A stretch of DNA of 59,284 nt, the filler included, from Platydemus manokwari (taxonomy: Eukaryota), in the NCBI GenBank assembly GCA_037951405.1. It is 5 parts of 5 records of this genome, joined end to end, with 100 filler letters (N's around TTAATTAATTAA, not from the genome) between each part and the next. Parts side by side here need not be neighbours in the genome. Positions count along the whole stretch, not along the records: positions 21,681 to 36,309 come from JBBMOY011429199.1; positions 36,410 to 47,929 come from JBBMOY010632212.1; 3 more parts are not named here. One strand, given 5' to 3'. Under the pieces are notes generated by a model. The model saw nothing but the letters and a program-made list of their open reading frames with translations, had not been told where the DNA came from and did not search any database. A program made the position numbers and the translations under genes. This document shows, in pieces, positions 25,481 through 36,715 of this stretch. Positions within the stretch are counted from its first letter, which is position 1. Each line of letters starts with the position of its first letter.

Positions 25481-28400
25481 AATGTTACTTTCTTTTATTG
25501 TTTGCTGCTATCAATAGTCTGTTGATTTGATTCAGGAGCAGAAAGTACTTCTGACGCTAAAGAAATGCTTGGCAGAAGATTGTCATGACTGTGAAAGCTT
25601 GCAGACTACAAGCAATTAACATGCTTTTTGTAGATGTCTGTGGTTAGTATTTCTTTTACATTATCCATTTGTCTGACTGCCTGTCTTCTTATTTGCCTCT
25701 ACATCATGTCCTCTTTATCATCGTCCTCCTTCTCTTATTCCTCCTCCTTTTCCTTCAAGTGCCTGTCCTGGACAAAAATTTTAACTATCTTGAATCCTCC
25801 TTTATCCTCTGAGTCATTTTGTTGATGATGTTTAACTCTTTCACTTCCAATCAATGTGTTGTATGTGAGATGGGCACCTTCTGTGGAGTCCCTATCATAG
25901 GCTAATAGCTGTTATATTTCTTTTTACATTTGGCCAAAAGACACTATCAGTGGAATCCTAACTGTAAGCTAGTATGTAGTCATACTTTACACATTATAAT
26001 GAATTCTGGCTTTTCCAGTTATCATTTTGTCTGTCATTGTGTAGATATTGACTTTGACAGGCTTTGAAAAAATATATGATGAAGCTTCACTCCTGGCAGG
26101 ATTGGTCCCAAGAAGATACTGACAGATTGATAGGCAAACTGGCATCCCAAGAAGACTGCAATAGAGTACCCCAAACAATAAGGACAGAAATATGTGTACC
26201 ACCTGGTTCACACTGAGAACACAAACACTACGGATACAGCATTTTGAATGGGAACATGGTCAATATCAAATGACTACATAAGAATTCTGTCCATATTCTA
26301 TAATTGTGCGATTGAGTATATGATAGTCCTAGCTAATGAAGGCACCTTTTATATGGGTATCTAGTGGCCAAGAGTTGAAGTACACTTTTTCCTATAGCTG
26401 CCGCCAAGCTGGAGGTGGCAGGTTTGAATCCTTTTGCGGTAATTTTAGCTTTCAATTTGTGTGTTCTTTAGTGTGTCCTCTGATATCTATTTCCTTACAC
26501 TGTTTCTATGAGTGCTGATCAATACCTGTGAATTTATTGCGCATGTAAAGGTTTAACAGTGGTAACTGATTGAATGAATGGGGACAGAGTAGAAAAGAGA
26601 TATGACACTCCACTCTGACACAAGCAGAGTGGGTTTGTCTCAAAACATTGACTATATAGATTTTTACAAATGGAAAATGGAATCTAATGGGAGATGAAAC
26701 AAAACATGAAATATAATCAAATGTGGAATGAAGTGTGAAGTGAAATTAGACATGGAAGAAAAAGCTTCTCCCTGATCATGGTGTAGTGAATTGAACATCT
26801 AGCTTTCTCAGACAAAGACAATAAACTTGAAGGATCCACGTGCATGCTGTACACATTAAAAATCCCTCAGCAGTTGAAAATAGAGAAAAGAATAGGCTGC
26901 TGCTCTGACAAAATTGTAAATTAGAAAAAGCTACCCACACACAAAACAATGACACACTAAGAGTAGTTCTCATATACACACAATGGGATCCTTGCTGGTG
27001 TTACAGAGATCATGTGAGATGTCCCCACAGGGGCAGCAATATTACTGATTCTTCCCTATAGAAGGAGACTGGAACACTTATGGAGAAATCCTTATGTGAC
27101 AGAAGTGATCCAACGACTGGCTAAATAACTCACTGAACTGTGCACTGTCTGACTACATGTACACTGACTGTATGGAGTCATCAATTGTGAAATTTCAGTA
27201 CATCTGGTTGAGAAGTGGCCTGGGATCAGCACATCCAGCTCATACATCATGTGGTGGGCATTCAATTCCTGGTAAGGTCAGTATGTTTTTCTAATGGAGG
27301 TGAAATATACATTTCCCGGTCTGTACACTGTGCAGTGACTGGTCTCACAAAGTGGCCTTTAATTTCTCAGCTTGTTAACAAAGTCCTTCCTGCAACACCA
27401 GTAATGGGACAATGCTTTAGGGAAGTTAGTACATCTGATTGTGTGATCTGTTGTTTCCTGTTCAAAGTCAGAATATAATGTATTATTCTTGTAATCATCA
27501 TCATCAACAATATTATCATCATCATCATCAGATTATTCAGACAGATGTCTAATATTGAAGTTGTGTCATCAACCCCTGATCTCAGCTCTTCTCTTCAGCT
27601 CTGCACAAGTCTGCACATGCCTAAGTGATGTAGTTAATCCTTGGAAACCCTCTCTTTCACTTTACCTGGATCTTGTGCTCAAACACTCTCAATAAAAGGC
27701 CTCCATCTTTCATAGCATAATATGCTCTGGTCAATACAATCTTTTTTTTTTTAATTGTTCTCACAGTTCATACAAGGAAAATAACAGCACAATGCATGAA
27801 CTTTTCAACTCCAACAAATGAGTTCAGATCGTCCCTTGTGTGGGAGTATGACAAGTCTAGGAACAAAAGAGACAGAATATAAGTCAGAAAGGTTTCAGAG
27901 TCAGAGACAGGTCAGAGAAGGGTAAGAGAAAAGCCATTCACCACAAGTGTGGGAGCGCGAATATGTTGGTAGTTAGCGTGCGCAGTGACGTGAGTGTTTT
28001 GAATACTAGTCAACAATGATGGAGAGAGTAACTGATAACCTATAAAACAAACAGGATGCTTGGCGTTCCTGAGTCAGTTTCTGTCCAAAGACTGACGAGA
28101 AGGAAAGTTTTGTTGTTACAGAGAGGAGGAGAGAAAGTTACTTCACAATGTGAAGCACATTTTGTGAATAAGCCTTCTATTGTAGAGAAGACTGTTGCAA
28201 GGAGATTGAGTATAAGAGTTGAATGTAAGATAGTGACGAATGCCTGTTTTGTTTGTCAGGACTATTTCAAGTGTGTATGAATAAGCAGTCATCATTCTCA
28301 TTACTCCTTGTATGCCAGAATAAATATTCGTTGGCCTGTCTACATGTGTTATTGAGTTCGTATTCCAGTCGAAGTGGAAATTGTTTACGTCTGGTCAGAG

Positions 28401-29327
28401 TATCCCCAAAAGACTCCAGGACCCTGCTTCACCTCCCTTTCAACCTTCCCATTGTTACTACATATTCCAATTTTCTCTTCCTCATAATGTGTCCAAAAAA
28501 TGTGGTTAGTCTTATTTTGATGTGATTAACCAGTACTCTGTGCAAGTTAGTCTCTCTCAATTCAACTTCATTTAGCTTCTTATATGTCCAACTTAGATAA
28601 ACATAAATTGGGTACCAAGGAAAGATCCTGGAAATAAGGGTTGCTACCTTGATATTGACGAAGTAACCTGCTGATTGGTCTATAAAAATGGGAGGCTAGC
28701 ATACACTGCCAGAGTAAGAAATTGTAGGAACCTGGGCTTCAGGTACTGTGAGGTCCCCAGTAATATATAATTGGACATAATAATTTCCATTGTAAGGCTT
28801 TTCTCCAGCTATTCCTTCTTACCGAGGCCTCTCCTCCCTACACCCTGACAAATTCAGGCGCATGGTCTGCAACCCATCAAGGCCAGGCCTTAATCAGGCT
28901 CAGCTAGAACCATATACCCAAAACGCCTTAATAAGACACAGAAAGGGGTTCCTTCACTTTCTAGATTTAGTTAATGTTATTTTACATATCCCCTTCAAGA
29001 CATAACAAATAACCCCAGCATTTATTGGCTGTTGGTTACGTTCTTGGTAAATGATACATTCAGTAGGTTGCCATTACTTTCTGAGCAGGTCATTGACTTT
29101 TGTCCCCTTATAGCACTCCACTGTACATAATACGATGATTTTTACAAAATATCTGCCCGTGGTTCAAACGTGCTATGCCAACATGAATCCAAGAATACCT
29201 TTCCTCTCAACCACGTGTCAACCTATTGGATTTATGACAGGTGTAAATATTTTTTATTTATTCCAAACAGATCATGAAGGCCTTCATGTACAGTCTGAAG
29301 AAGGAGCTGGACTACACAGGGAAATAG
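22850..29327 (+). CDS. Candidate spliced small ORF MTTTLYLK|IMKAFMYSLKKELDYTGK (26 aa); exons 22829-22873 and 29271-29340, probable last exon from 30462
   Basis: Splice sites are strong (tttgcag/AAGgtaaat; ttccaaacag/CGGgtaagc; ttttcag at 30461), and AATAAA lies near 30546. The ATG has A at -3, and exon 29271 has markedly GC-ending codons in this frame. Further exons cannot be excluded. Confidence 0.45.
23003..23063 (+). ncRNA. Candidate intronic box C/D snoRNA, possibly U62-like (18S guide)
   Basis: C-like box ATGATAG (23006), D' CTGA (23035), C'-like ATGA and D CTGA (23057), with flanking stems TACT/AGTA and GTAGTCC/GGACTAC. The guide CAATGGATC is complementary to the conserved 18S segment GAUCCAUUG. 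Confidence 0.55.
24045..24480. repeat. Degenerate tandem repeat, ~150-160 nt unit, ~3 copies
   Basis: Recurring taattaa...aatggcc(a/c)cca...gttttaacaa...ggtgaaataaacctaaa blocks. Confidence 0.5.
26360..26520 (+). mobile_element. Decayed tRNA-derived SINE head
   Basis: A-box-like CTAGTGG and B-box-like GGTTTGAATCC, with no cloverleaf. A similar relic lies at ~27215-27470. Confidence 0.35.
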
Positions 29328-29494
29328 GTGATCTACCCGGGTAAGCTGTCTATTGTTGAGGCAGCCTTCACCCTGAGCAAGGCCAGGGTTGAGTGGATAA
29401 CTGAATTGGTCAGGATCTTCATGTAGCATCAGAAGACTTGGAAGGTAAGGAGCATTCCTGGTGTTAAGCTGATTGCTGGTGGAGAATCATGTCT

Positions 29495-29840
29495 TGTCAT
29501 TGTTCTTCTTTCACATTATTTTAATCTTCACTCATGTCTATTAATTGTTCTTTCACAATGTTTTTACCTTTCACTCAGGTCTTTTCATTGTTCTTTCACA
29601 ATGTTTTAATCTTTCACTCATGTCTTTTCATTGTTCTTTCACATTGTTTTATTCTTTCATTCATGTCTCTTCATTGCTCTTTCACATTGTTTTAATCTTT
29701 CACTCATGTCATTTCATTGTTCTTTCACATTGTTTTTACCTTTCTTTCATGTCTCTTCATTGTTCTTCTTTCACAATATTTTAACCTTTCACTCATCTCT
29801 TTATTGTTCTTCTTTCACATTGTTGTAACTTTTCATTCAT
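29495..29840. repeat. Pyrimidine-rich minisatellite, ~40 nt unit
   Basis: ttcattgttctttcacattgttttaatctttcactcatgtct, about 8 copies. It explains the spurious ORFs here. Confidence 0.85.
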
Positions 29841-31140
29841 GATTTCATCATTATCATGATCTTTGTCACCATCAAGTGCCTTGCCAACTGGTGGGTGACC
29901 ATGCTTCTCCACAATCTGTGATCTCCAACAGTGGGGTATAATGAAGACACCTATCCATGCCATGGCAAAAGACTGTCAAGAATCTTCTTTTGCTGTCTTC
30001 TCTTATCTCACTTTCCACAGATCTTTCCAATTGTTCCATTTTTCAGTTTGTCTCTTCTGCTGTCAGTATCTTGAACTTTTCATGTGTATCTGTTTGTAGT
30101 TCATCATCATCTTCAAATCCCTATGATGAGAACCACTTCTTAAGGTGTATGAACAGGTTGTAACTTGAGATTGGGACTGTTGGGCAGGTGGTCAAAGATT
30201 TTCCAGGAAAATTGCTGCAACAATTGAACAGTTTGATCAGTGGTGTGAGGTCAAGCATTGTCAATGAAAAGCACAATCCCAGTTGTCCAAATTGTTCTGT
30301 TATAAAAGTGTCATTGAATGGTTCAAGGCACTGGCGACAGACTTTTTCTGCATTGAGAAAGGGATTTGATACCACAATACCAAAAATGTGTGAAAAATGT
30401 ATTTTAAAAGTGTATCGTATATAAAAGTAATAAATATAATATTTTCTCTTTTTGTTTTCAGGAAGCTTTAACCTTCTATGGACAGACGATTGGCAAGCCT
30501 ATGTTACTTCAAACCAAAAATATTCTCAGGATTGTTAAACATAATAATAAAAAATGTGGCACTATTCTTAAGTTTTGTTGAAATGTAGCATTATTGTATG
30601 TTTTGTTGGCAGTGTGGTAATTGGAATGCTCAAAATAGACAAGGAAGATATTTTGAAGACTGTTTATGAAATGCTGCTAATTGAAGGTGCAGTAAAAGTT
30701 GAAACAATATATATAAGGGTGCTTGAGTTTAAGTGTTCCAGCAGAGGAGGCATATCACATGGCAGGTCAATAGTAAGAATTCACATCACATCACATTTCA
30801 TAACCCATTAAAAACAATCTGGACTTGTTGCCAGCTTCTCTGCCTCATGCTCAAAGTGTTATCAATGTTCTGTGTCCACCTCCACATTGGTTGGCCCCAG
30901 CCAATCCCTCCAGGAACGTGCCCTCCTTCACTGTTCTTTCCAAATCACTGTGATACTTAATATGGCCAAACTCTTTCAAGTTCCAGTCATAATGATATGT
31001 GTGAGCCAGTTTTCTTCAATGTTCAGTTTCTTCAGTATGTCAATATTTTTCACTTCCTAATCCATGGTATTCTTAGAACCTTTATGATTTCATACCACTA
31101 TGATGATTACCATGACCAATGCATTTCAGTTTCTGAGATA

Positions 31141-31985
31141 TGAGGGCTGTACAAAAAGTATTGGACCTTTTTATTTTCTTTGAAATCAAATCATACATGG
31201 CTGATGTTCTTTTGTGGGGTGTAAGGGATAGTAATGCACATGTATGGATTTTTTCCTACCCATAGAAATGTCAGTAGCTGGCAAAAAGCATGAAAGTGAA
31301 GGTTTGCAGTGATCAGCTATAACATTTTTGCTTTTGCTGAATGACTGAAAAACTAGAGTGGCATCAGATTTTGTCATAGGCTCTGTGATACCCAAACGGA
31401 AACTATTTGGAAGATTCAACAGGCTTTCGGTAATGATTCATTGAGCATTATGTAAAAGTAATGAATGGTGCAATCACTTTAAAGATGGCCACACATAGGT
31501 GGAGAGTGGAACACATTCTGGTACCGACTCAGAAGCCAAAATGATGAGGTCATTAACCAAATTGGAGTTTGGTCAAGCAGAACTGTGATATTATCATCCA
31601 AGATTTTGTGGACGAGGTGGAGATAAACATTGGTTTGATACATTCCATTTTGACTACGGACTTGGCCATGCACCAAGTATCTGTGAAATTCATGCCAAGG
31701 CCGAATACTTTTTGTTCAGACTTTCTTGGCCAAGCACAAAATTCCTGCGCTTCGTCAGGCTTACTATTCTCCCAGCGTAGTTCCTTGAGAATTATGGCTG
31801 TTCCCCAAGCTGAGAAAACTATGAAAGGGACCAGATTTGAGTCAAAAGAGGACATTTTGCAGAACGGGTGATCCAACTGTACTCCATTCCCAATGAGTTT
31901 TTTCAGCAATGCTTCCAACAATAGAAGGCTACCTTGAAGAAGTAAGTGCAGTCCCAAGAAGAGTACTTTGATGGGGATTAATAAA
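31141..31985 (+). mobile_element. Decayed, internally deleted mariner transposon
   Basis: A TA-(T/C)GAGGGCTGTACAAAAAGT terminus, plus transposase remnants VKFMPR (WVPR-like), FPKL..MKGTRFESKEDI and C-terminal EYFDGD*. Confidence 0.8.
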
Positions 31986-32399
31986 TTATAACAAAAGTGC
32001 TACTGAAAGTATCAGCTTGTATACATTAGGACATTTTCTGAGAGAAACAAAGCACCTAGGTGTTTACCCACAGTTCTATGCTGTGAATTCTTAAAAGCCA
32101 AGTGGAAACAAAGTACACAATTTTGGTTGTAAAATAGATTGCTCTAAAGGGGTAGCAGAACTCATAGGTAACACAACCACAACAAATTATGCTGTAAAAT
32201 AAAAAAATTCAAATAATAATGTTACTGTGATCATTACTTAAACTCTATATAATTACTATTATTATTAATAACCATCATCTTAGAACATCAGACAAACCCA
32301 AAGATGCACCAACTCCCTTAAAAAAATGTCACAAGGTGTAGATGCTAATTGTTTCTGTTACCAGCTAGTTATAAATGCATCAGATTTCATTGACAACAG

Positions 32400-33230
32400 G
32401 TTTTCACGTGATTATTTCCACTAAAACTGGAGCCATTCTAAAATATTAAATATTTTATTTACAACAGATTTTCATCATCATTATTCCACTCAGTCATTCC
32501 AAAATATTTAAAATTTCATTTTCAACAGATTTTCGTCATGATTATTCCCATGACTGGGGCTATCAGAGCCACTCTAAAATATTTGAAATTTCATTTTAAG
32601 CAGATTTTCATCATCATTATTCCCACTGCTGACACTATCAGAGCCATTCTAAAATGTTCAAAATTTCATTTACAACTGATTTTCAACATTATTATTACTT
32701 CTCCTCCAATTCTTTTCACACAAATCTTGCTTTCATTTGTTTCACACACAAATCTGACTTTTATTTATTTCATACACAAATCACACTTTCATTCATTTCA
32801 AACACAAATGATGCTCTCATTCATTTTCACATCAATCAAGCTTTTATTAATTATACATAAATCATGCTTTCATTCATTTCATACAAATCATGCTTTCATT
32901 TACTTCACACAGAAATCATGCTTTTATTCATTTTGCACACAAATCACATTTGTTTTTCATACACACAAATTGTATTTTTCAGCATTTGACACACATGTGC
33001 ATTTATCCATTTCACACACATATCACCTATTTTTTTTCTTTTCACACACAAACTGTACTTTCATTAATTTCATACACAAATTGGGCTTTCATCTATTTCA
33101 TACACAAACTATGCTTTCATTCATACCATACATTCTTCGAGCTTTCATTACACACATAAATAAAGCTTCTAAATCATGCTTTCATTCATTTCAAACAAAT
33201 TGTGCTTTCAACCATTTTACACTCAAACCA
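32400..33230. repeat. Two adjacent degenerate tandem arrays (~60-75 nt unit, then ~22-26 nt unit)
   Basis: agccattctaaaatattgaaatttcattt..acagattttcatcatcattattccc (x4), then repeated tgctttcattcatttcatacacaaatca. Confidence 0.75.
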
Positions 33231-33974
33231 GGCTTATGTTCAGACTTCAAAATTGAATTAGAAATTGTGACATATGTGAAAACCAGGGTCATTGTCTAGA
33301 TCTTTATTAAATGAGAAATGAAGTGTGTGATTCTTCTCTAACACTCTTTGGATAATGACAAAAAACAAGAAGGTTTTGTAGTAAGTGGCATGCATAAAAA
33401 CTCACTTGCTATTGAAAGTCTAAAAGTGAAATATAGAGCACATCACTCATCTAGTGCCAACTGATCTATACAAATGTGGCAGTCACATCAGAGAGTTTAA
33501 AGGAACAGAGTGTAACAAGTACAGAGATCATTCAGTGGACAGAAGTAAATGACATCTGTGATGAAATTAGGAAGAGGAGATGAAAATGGTCGGAACATGT
33601 GTTCGGAATGTCATAAAAAAAAAAAAAAAGAAACATTCTTATACTGCCTTAAAATGGAATCTTGCATGCCAGATAAAAGAGGGAGTGTGGGCTGTGGGAA
33701 AACCCAATTAAACTTGGATAAGAACTATAGAAAGGTATAAGGATAAAATCTGGAATGAATTAAGATGTCTCATCTAGAAAGATCTAGTTGATGGAAGCTT
33801 GCCTGTGCCTATGCTTCACTTGGAGCTAAGTGCGAGAGGGCACTCATAAGGTGGGCCGATGCTTAAATTCTCAATGGGTTAATGATGATGATGATTACTG
33901 TTGGGCTGCACTATCTAACATCTTATTCTTCTTACAGTTCATGCCTTGTGGCATTGGTTATAATGTCTTTCCAC

Positions 33975-34935
33975 AGCCTTCTATCTGTGTACATACTATC
34001 ATCTCCGATACAGTTATTCTACCATGCCATGAAGCCAAACTTTTCAGTATTGTCTCTCTGGGTCTTCCCCTGGCCCTCTTTTACCCCAACCTTCCCATTG
34101 ATACTAGAATCCAAGTTGTCCCCTTCACATCACATAACCAAAGAATGCAGACTGTCTTCTCCTGGTGAGGTTTACCAGTCTTCTTTATTGAATTCGTCTC
34201 CCTCAAGACATCTTAATTAGGCCTTTCATCTATCCATGGTATTTTCATCAATCCTATGTAAAATCACATATCTACAGACTCCAAATAATTTCTCACTAAC
34301 TTCCTAATTGTCCGTACCTCACTTCCATACAACAGAATTGGCTCTATACATCTGCTAAGAACTCTTTTCCTCACTTCTATTGTAAATTTAAACTGCATAG
34401 AATATTTTTTAATTTGTGAAATGCTGCTTTGACTTGGGCTATTCTACACTTGACTTCCATAACACATCTTCCATCAACTGTTGTTGTATATTTTAACTAC
34501 CATTACTTCTGTTTTATTGTGTTTCAGACTAAGACATTTGTTTTGGTTTTCCGTTGCAATTATATCCACCATTTCTTGTAACTGCATTTCACTTTGAGCT
34601 ATCAGAATTGTGTCATCATCATATCTCAGGTTGTTCACACCATGTCCACCAACTGTAATTTCAGGAATCTCTTGTAATGATTCAATTATCAATTCACTGT
34701 ACAAATTAAATATGTAGGGCAACAACATAATCCCTGTTTTACACCTTGTTTAATGTGTTTAAAAGTTCCCAATTGATTTCAAATCTTATGGCTGCTTCCT
34801 GTTATCAATATATATGTTTAATTATTCTCAGATTGTTTCCATCAATGTTCAAAGCTTTCAATATTGAACAAATTTTACCATTTCTCACCTTATCAAACGC
34901 CTTAGTGTAGCCAAAAAAGCACACATCTCTATTCA
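33975..34935 (-). mobile_element. RTE-clade LINE reverse transcriptase relic
   Basis: LLPYIFNLYSELII...ITVGGHGVNNLRYDDDTILIAQSEMQLQEMV is the RT core with a YADD-like motif, disrupted on both sides. Related 3' fragments lie at ~24900-25440, 28330-28600, 29860-30230, 30780-31130 and 33330-33830. Confidence 0.9.
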
Positions 34936-34936
34936 T

Positions 34937-35795
34937 TTCATATAGCTAGAACGCCAAACTTCTCAATTGGTTAATGATGATGATTAATAGCTAGAGTTCC
35001 CAAACTGTTGATGGATTAATAACGATTGCTGTTGGGCTGCATCATATAGCTAGAACGCATAAACTATCAATGGATTAATAATGAATACTGTTAGGGTGCA
35101 CCACAAGAAAACAAAGATACAACTATTGAGGAGCTACATTTTCCCGGTTGATACATATGGGTGTGAAGCGTAAACGCTAACATCTGCATTGGAGAAGAGA
35201 ATCTCTTCATTTGAAATTAAATGTTACAGAATGATTTGAAAATACCATGGACAGAGAAACGAAAAAATGCAGATATCACAAAGAGCCTGCATACTGAAGA
35301 AGATTGGCTTCTAACGAACATCAAACGCCGTAGGCTGATATATTTCGGGCACATAAAAAGGTAAAATGGCCTGGAAAGAATAATTTTAGAAGAACAGGTA
35401 CCAGGAAAGAGGGAGAGAGCACGTCCGAGACGACGATGGACACAGGATATTGTGAACCTCCTGCATATGTCATTAGAGGACGCGGGTCGACTAACACAAG
35501 GCAGAGAGGCTTCCAGGGTGGCAGTGAGGACAGCGTTCTGCAAAGGACATGTTACATAGAAGAAGAAGCACCATATAGCTAGAACGCTCAAACTCTCAAT
35601 GGATTAGTGATGAGAAAGATGACAGTTGGTTGTACCACTTAGCTAGAATGCCCAAACTCTCCGTGGATTAATGATCATGATTATGAATGTTGTCTTCACC
35701 ACATAGCTAGAACGCTCAAATTCTCAATGGGTTAATGAGGATGTTGATGATGATGGTGACTGTTGGGCTGCACCACTTAGCTAGAACGCTCAAAA
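34937..35795. repeat. Minisatellite (~60-75 nt unit) interrupted by a LINE insertion
   Basis: About 7 copies of atagctagaacgctcaaactctcaatgg(a/g)ttaatgatga...gttgggctgcacca, with one further unit at ~33860-33915. Confidence 0.85.
35104..35567 (+). mobile_element. 5'-truncated RTE LINE 3' end with target-site duplication
   Basis: Remnants YGCEA*TL...IPWTEKRKNADI...YFGHIKR...ILEEQVPGKRERARPRRRWTQDI, an (AAG)n tail, and GCACCA duplicated at 35098-35103 and 35568-35573. Confidence 0.9.
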
Positions 35796-36309
35796 GGTGC
35801 TTGACACTGTGTGACTAACACCAGAAAAACCCATCCGTGTCCCCAGTGGCGTACAGAAGTTTTATGATGTGCAGAGCCAATTCCTTGATTTGGATATCCT
35901 CAATAGCTGTCTTTTAATACTAATATTCGACTCTGATATAAGCAACCCGCGATTGCTTCATTGCTTAGACCCTGTTGATGTCTTTGAATCATCATCATCA
36001 TCATCATGTGCCGTGCCGGTAAGCGTAGACGGTCATGATACACCATCTATCACGATCAGCAGAGTCATGTATCAAATCTGTGTTGTGATAGTTGATTTAC
36101 CATGATGTACAAGGGAGGTGTACAGCGGTGGTTTCCCCTTGTCTTCCGCCTGATTTGTATACGGTTTACTCCGCTAGCCATTGCCTAAAGAAGCAGTATT
36201 CCCTACAAGGCAGCAGGGGGTTTCCTTTATTTCAAGACACGAACTCACATTCTTAAATTTTGATTATTCCAAGTGAAACAATTACAATTTTTGAAAAGCA
36301 GGATGTTAT

Positions 36310-36409
36310 NNNNNNNNNNNNNNNNNNNNNNNNNNNNNNNNNNNNNNNNNNNNTTAATTAATTAANNNNNNNNNNNNNNNNNNNNNNNNNNNNNNNNNNN
36401 NNNNNNNNN
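36310..36409. other. Artificial contig linker
   Basis: N-TTAATTAATTAA-N spacer. Confidence 0.98.
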
Positions 36410-36715
36410 TGTGTATACGAGACTTAACTCTTGGATAACTAATTTTTTATAAGTTCATACATAATTTTTTCAATAAAAATTAAAATTTTATTAATTAATT
36501 TATGGGAAATTTACTTAAATCTTAAAATGAATTTTCAATAGAATTTTTTATTTGTTTAAAGCGACTTTATACGAAACATGTTAAATACAAATTTTGTATG
36601 TTCAATGAAAAAATTGTTTTTATAATACTACATATAAATTATATTTAAATTTTATTTAAAAGCTTTTCAAACGTCTGATTTCATTATAGATAATTTAATT
36701 TTGTAATATATTTAA

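Noticed and set aside
28805-28915. TATTCCT...GAACCAT resembling the U17/snR30 m1/m2 motifs
   Set aside because: The flanks do not pair to form the required hairpin, no ACA box is correctly placed, and the region looks like a decayed repeat.
32538-33299. 253-aa His/Phe-rich ORF
   Set aside because: It is a translation of degenerate tandem repeats with no protein-like features.
34937-35795. Repeat with variable intervening sequence resembling a CRISPR array
   Set aside because: The spacers are homologous to each other, the repeats are degenerate, there are no cas genes, and the context is eukaryotic. It is a minisatellite.
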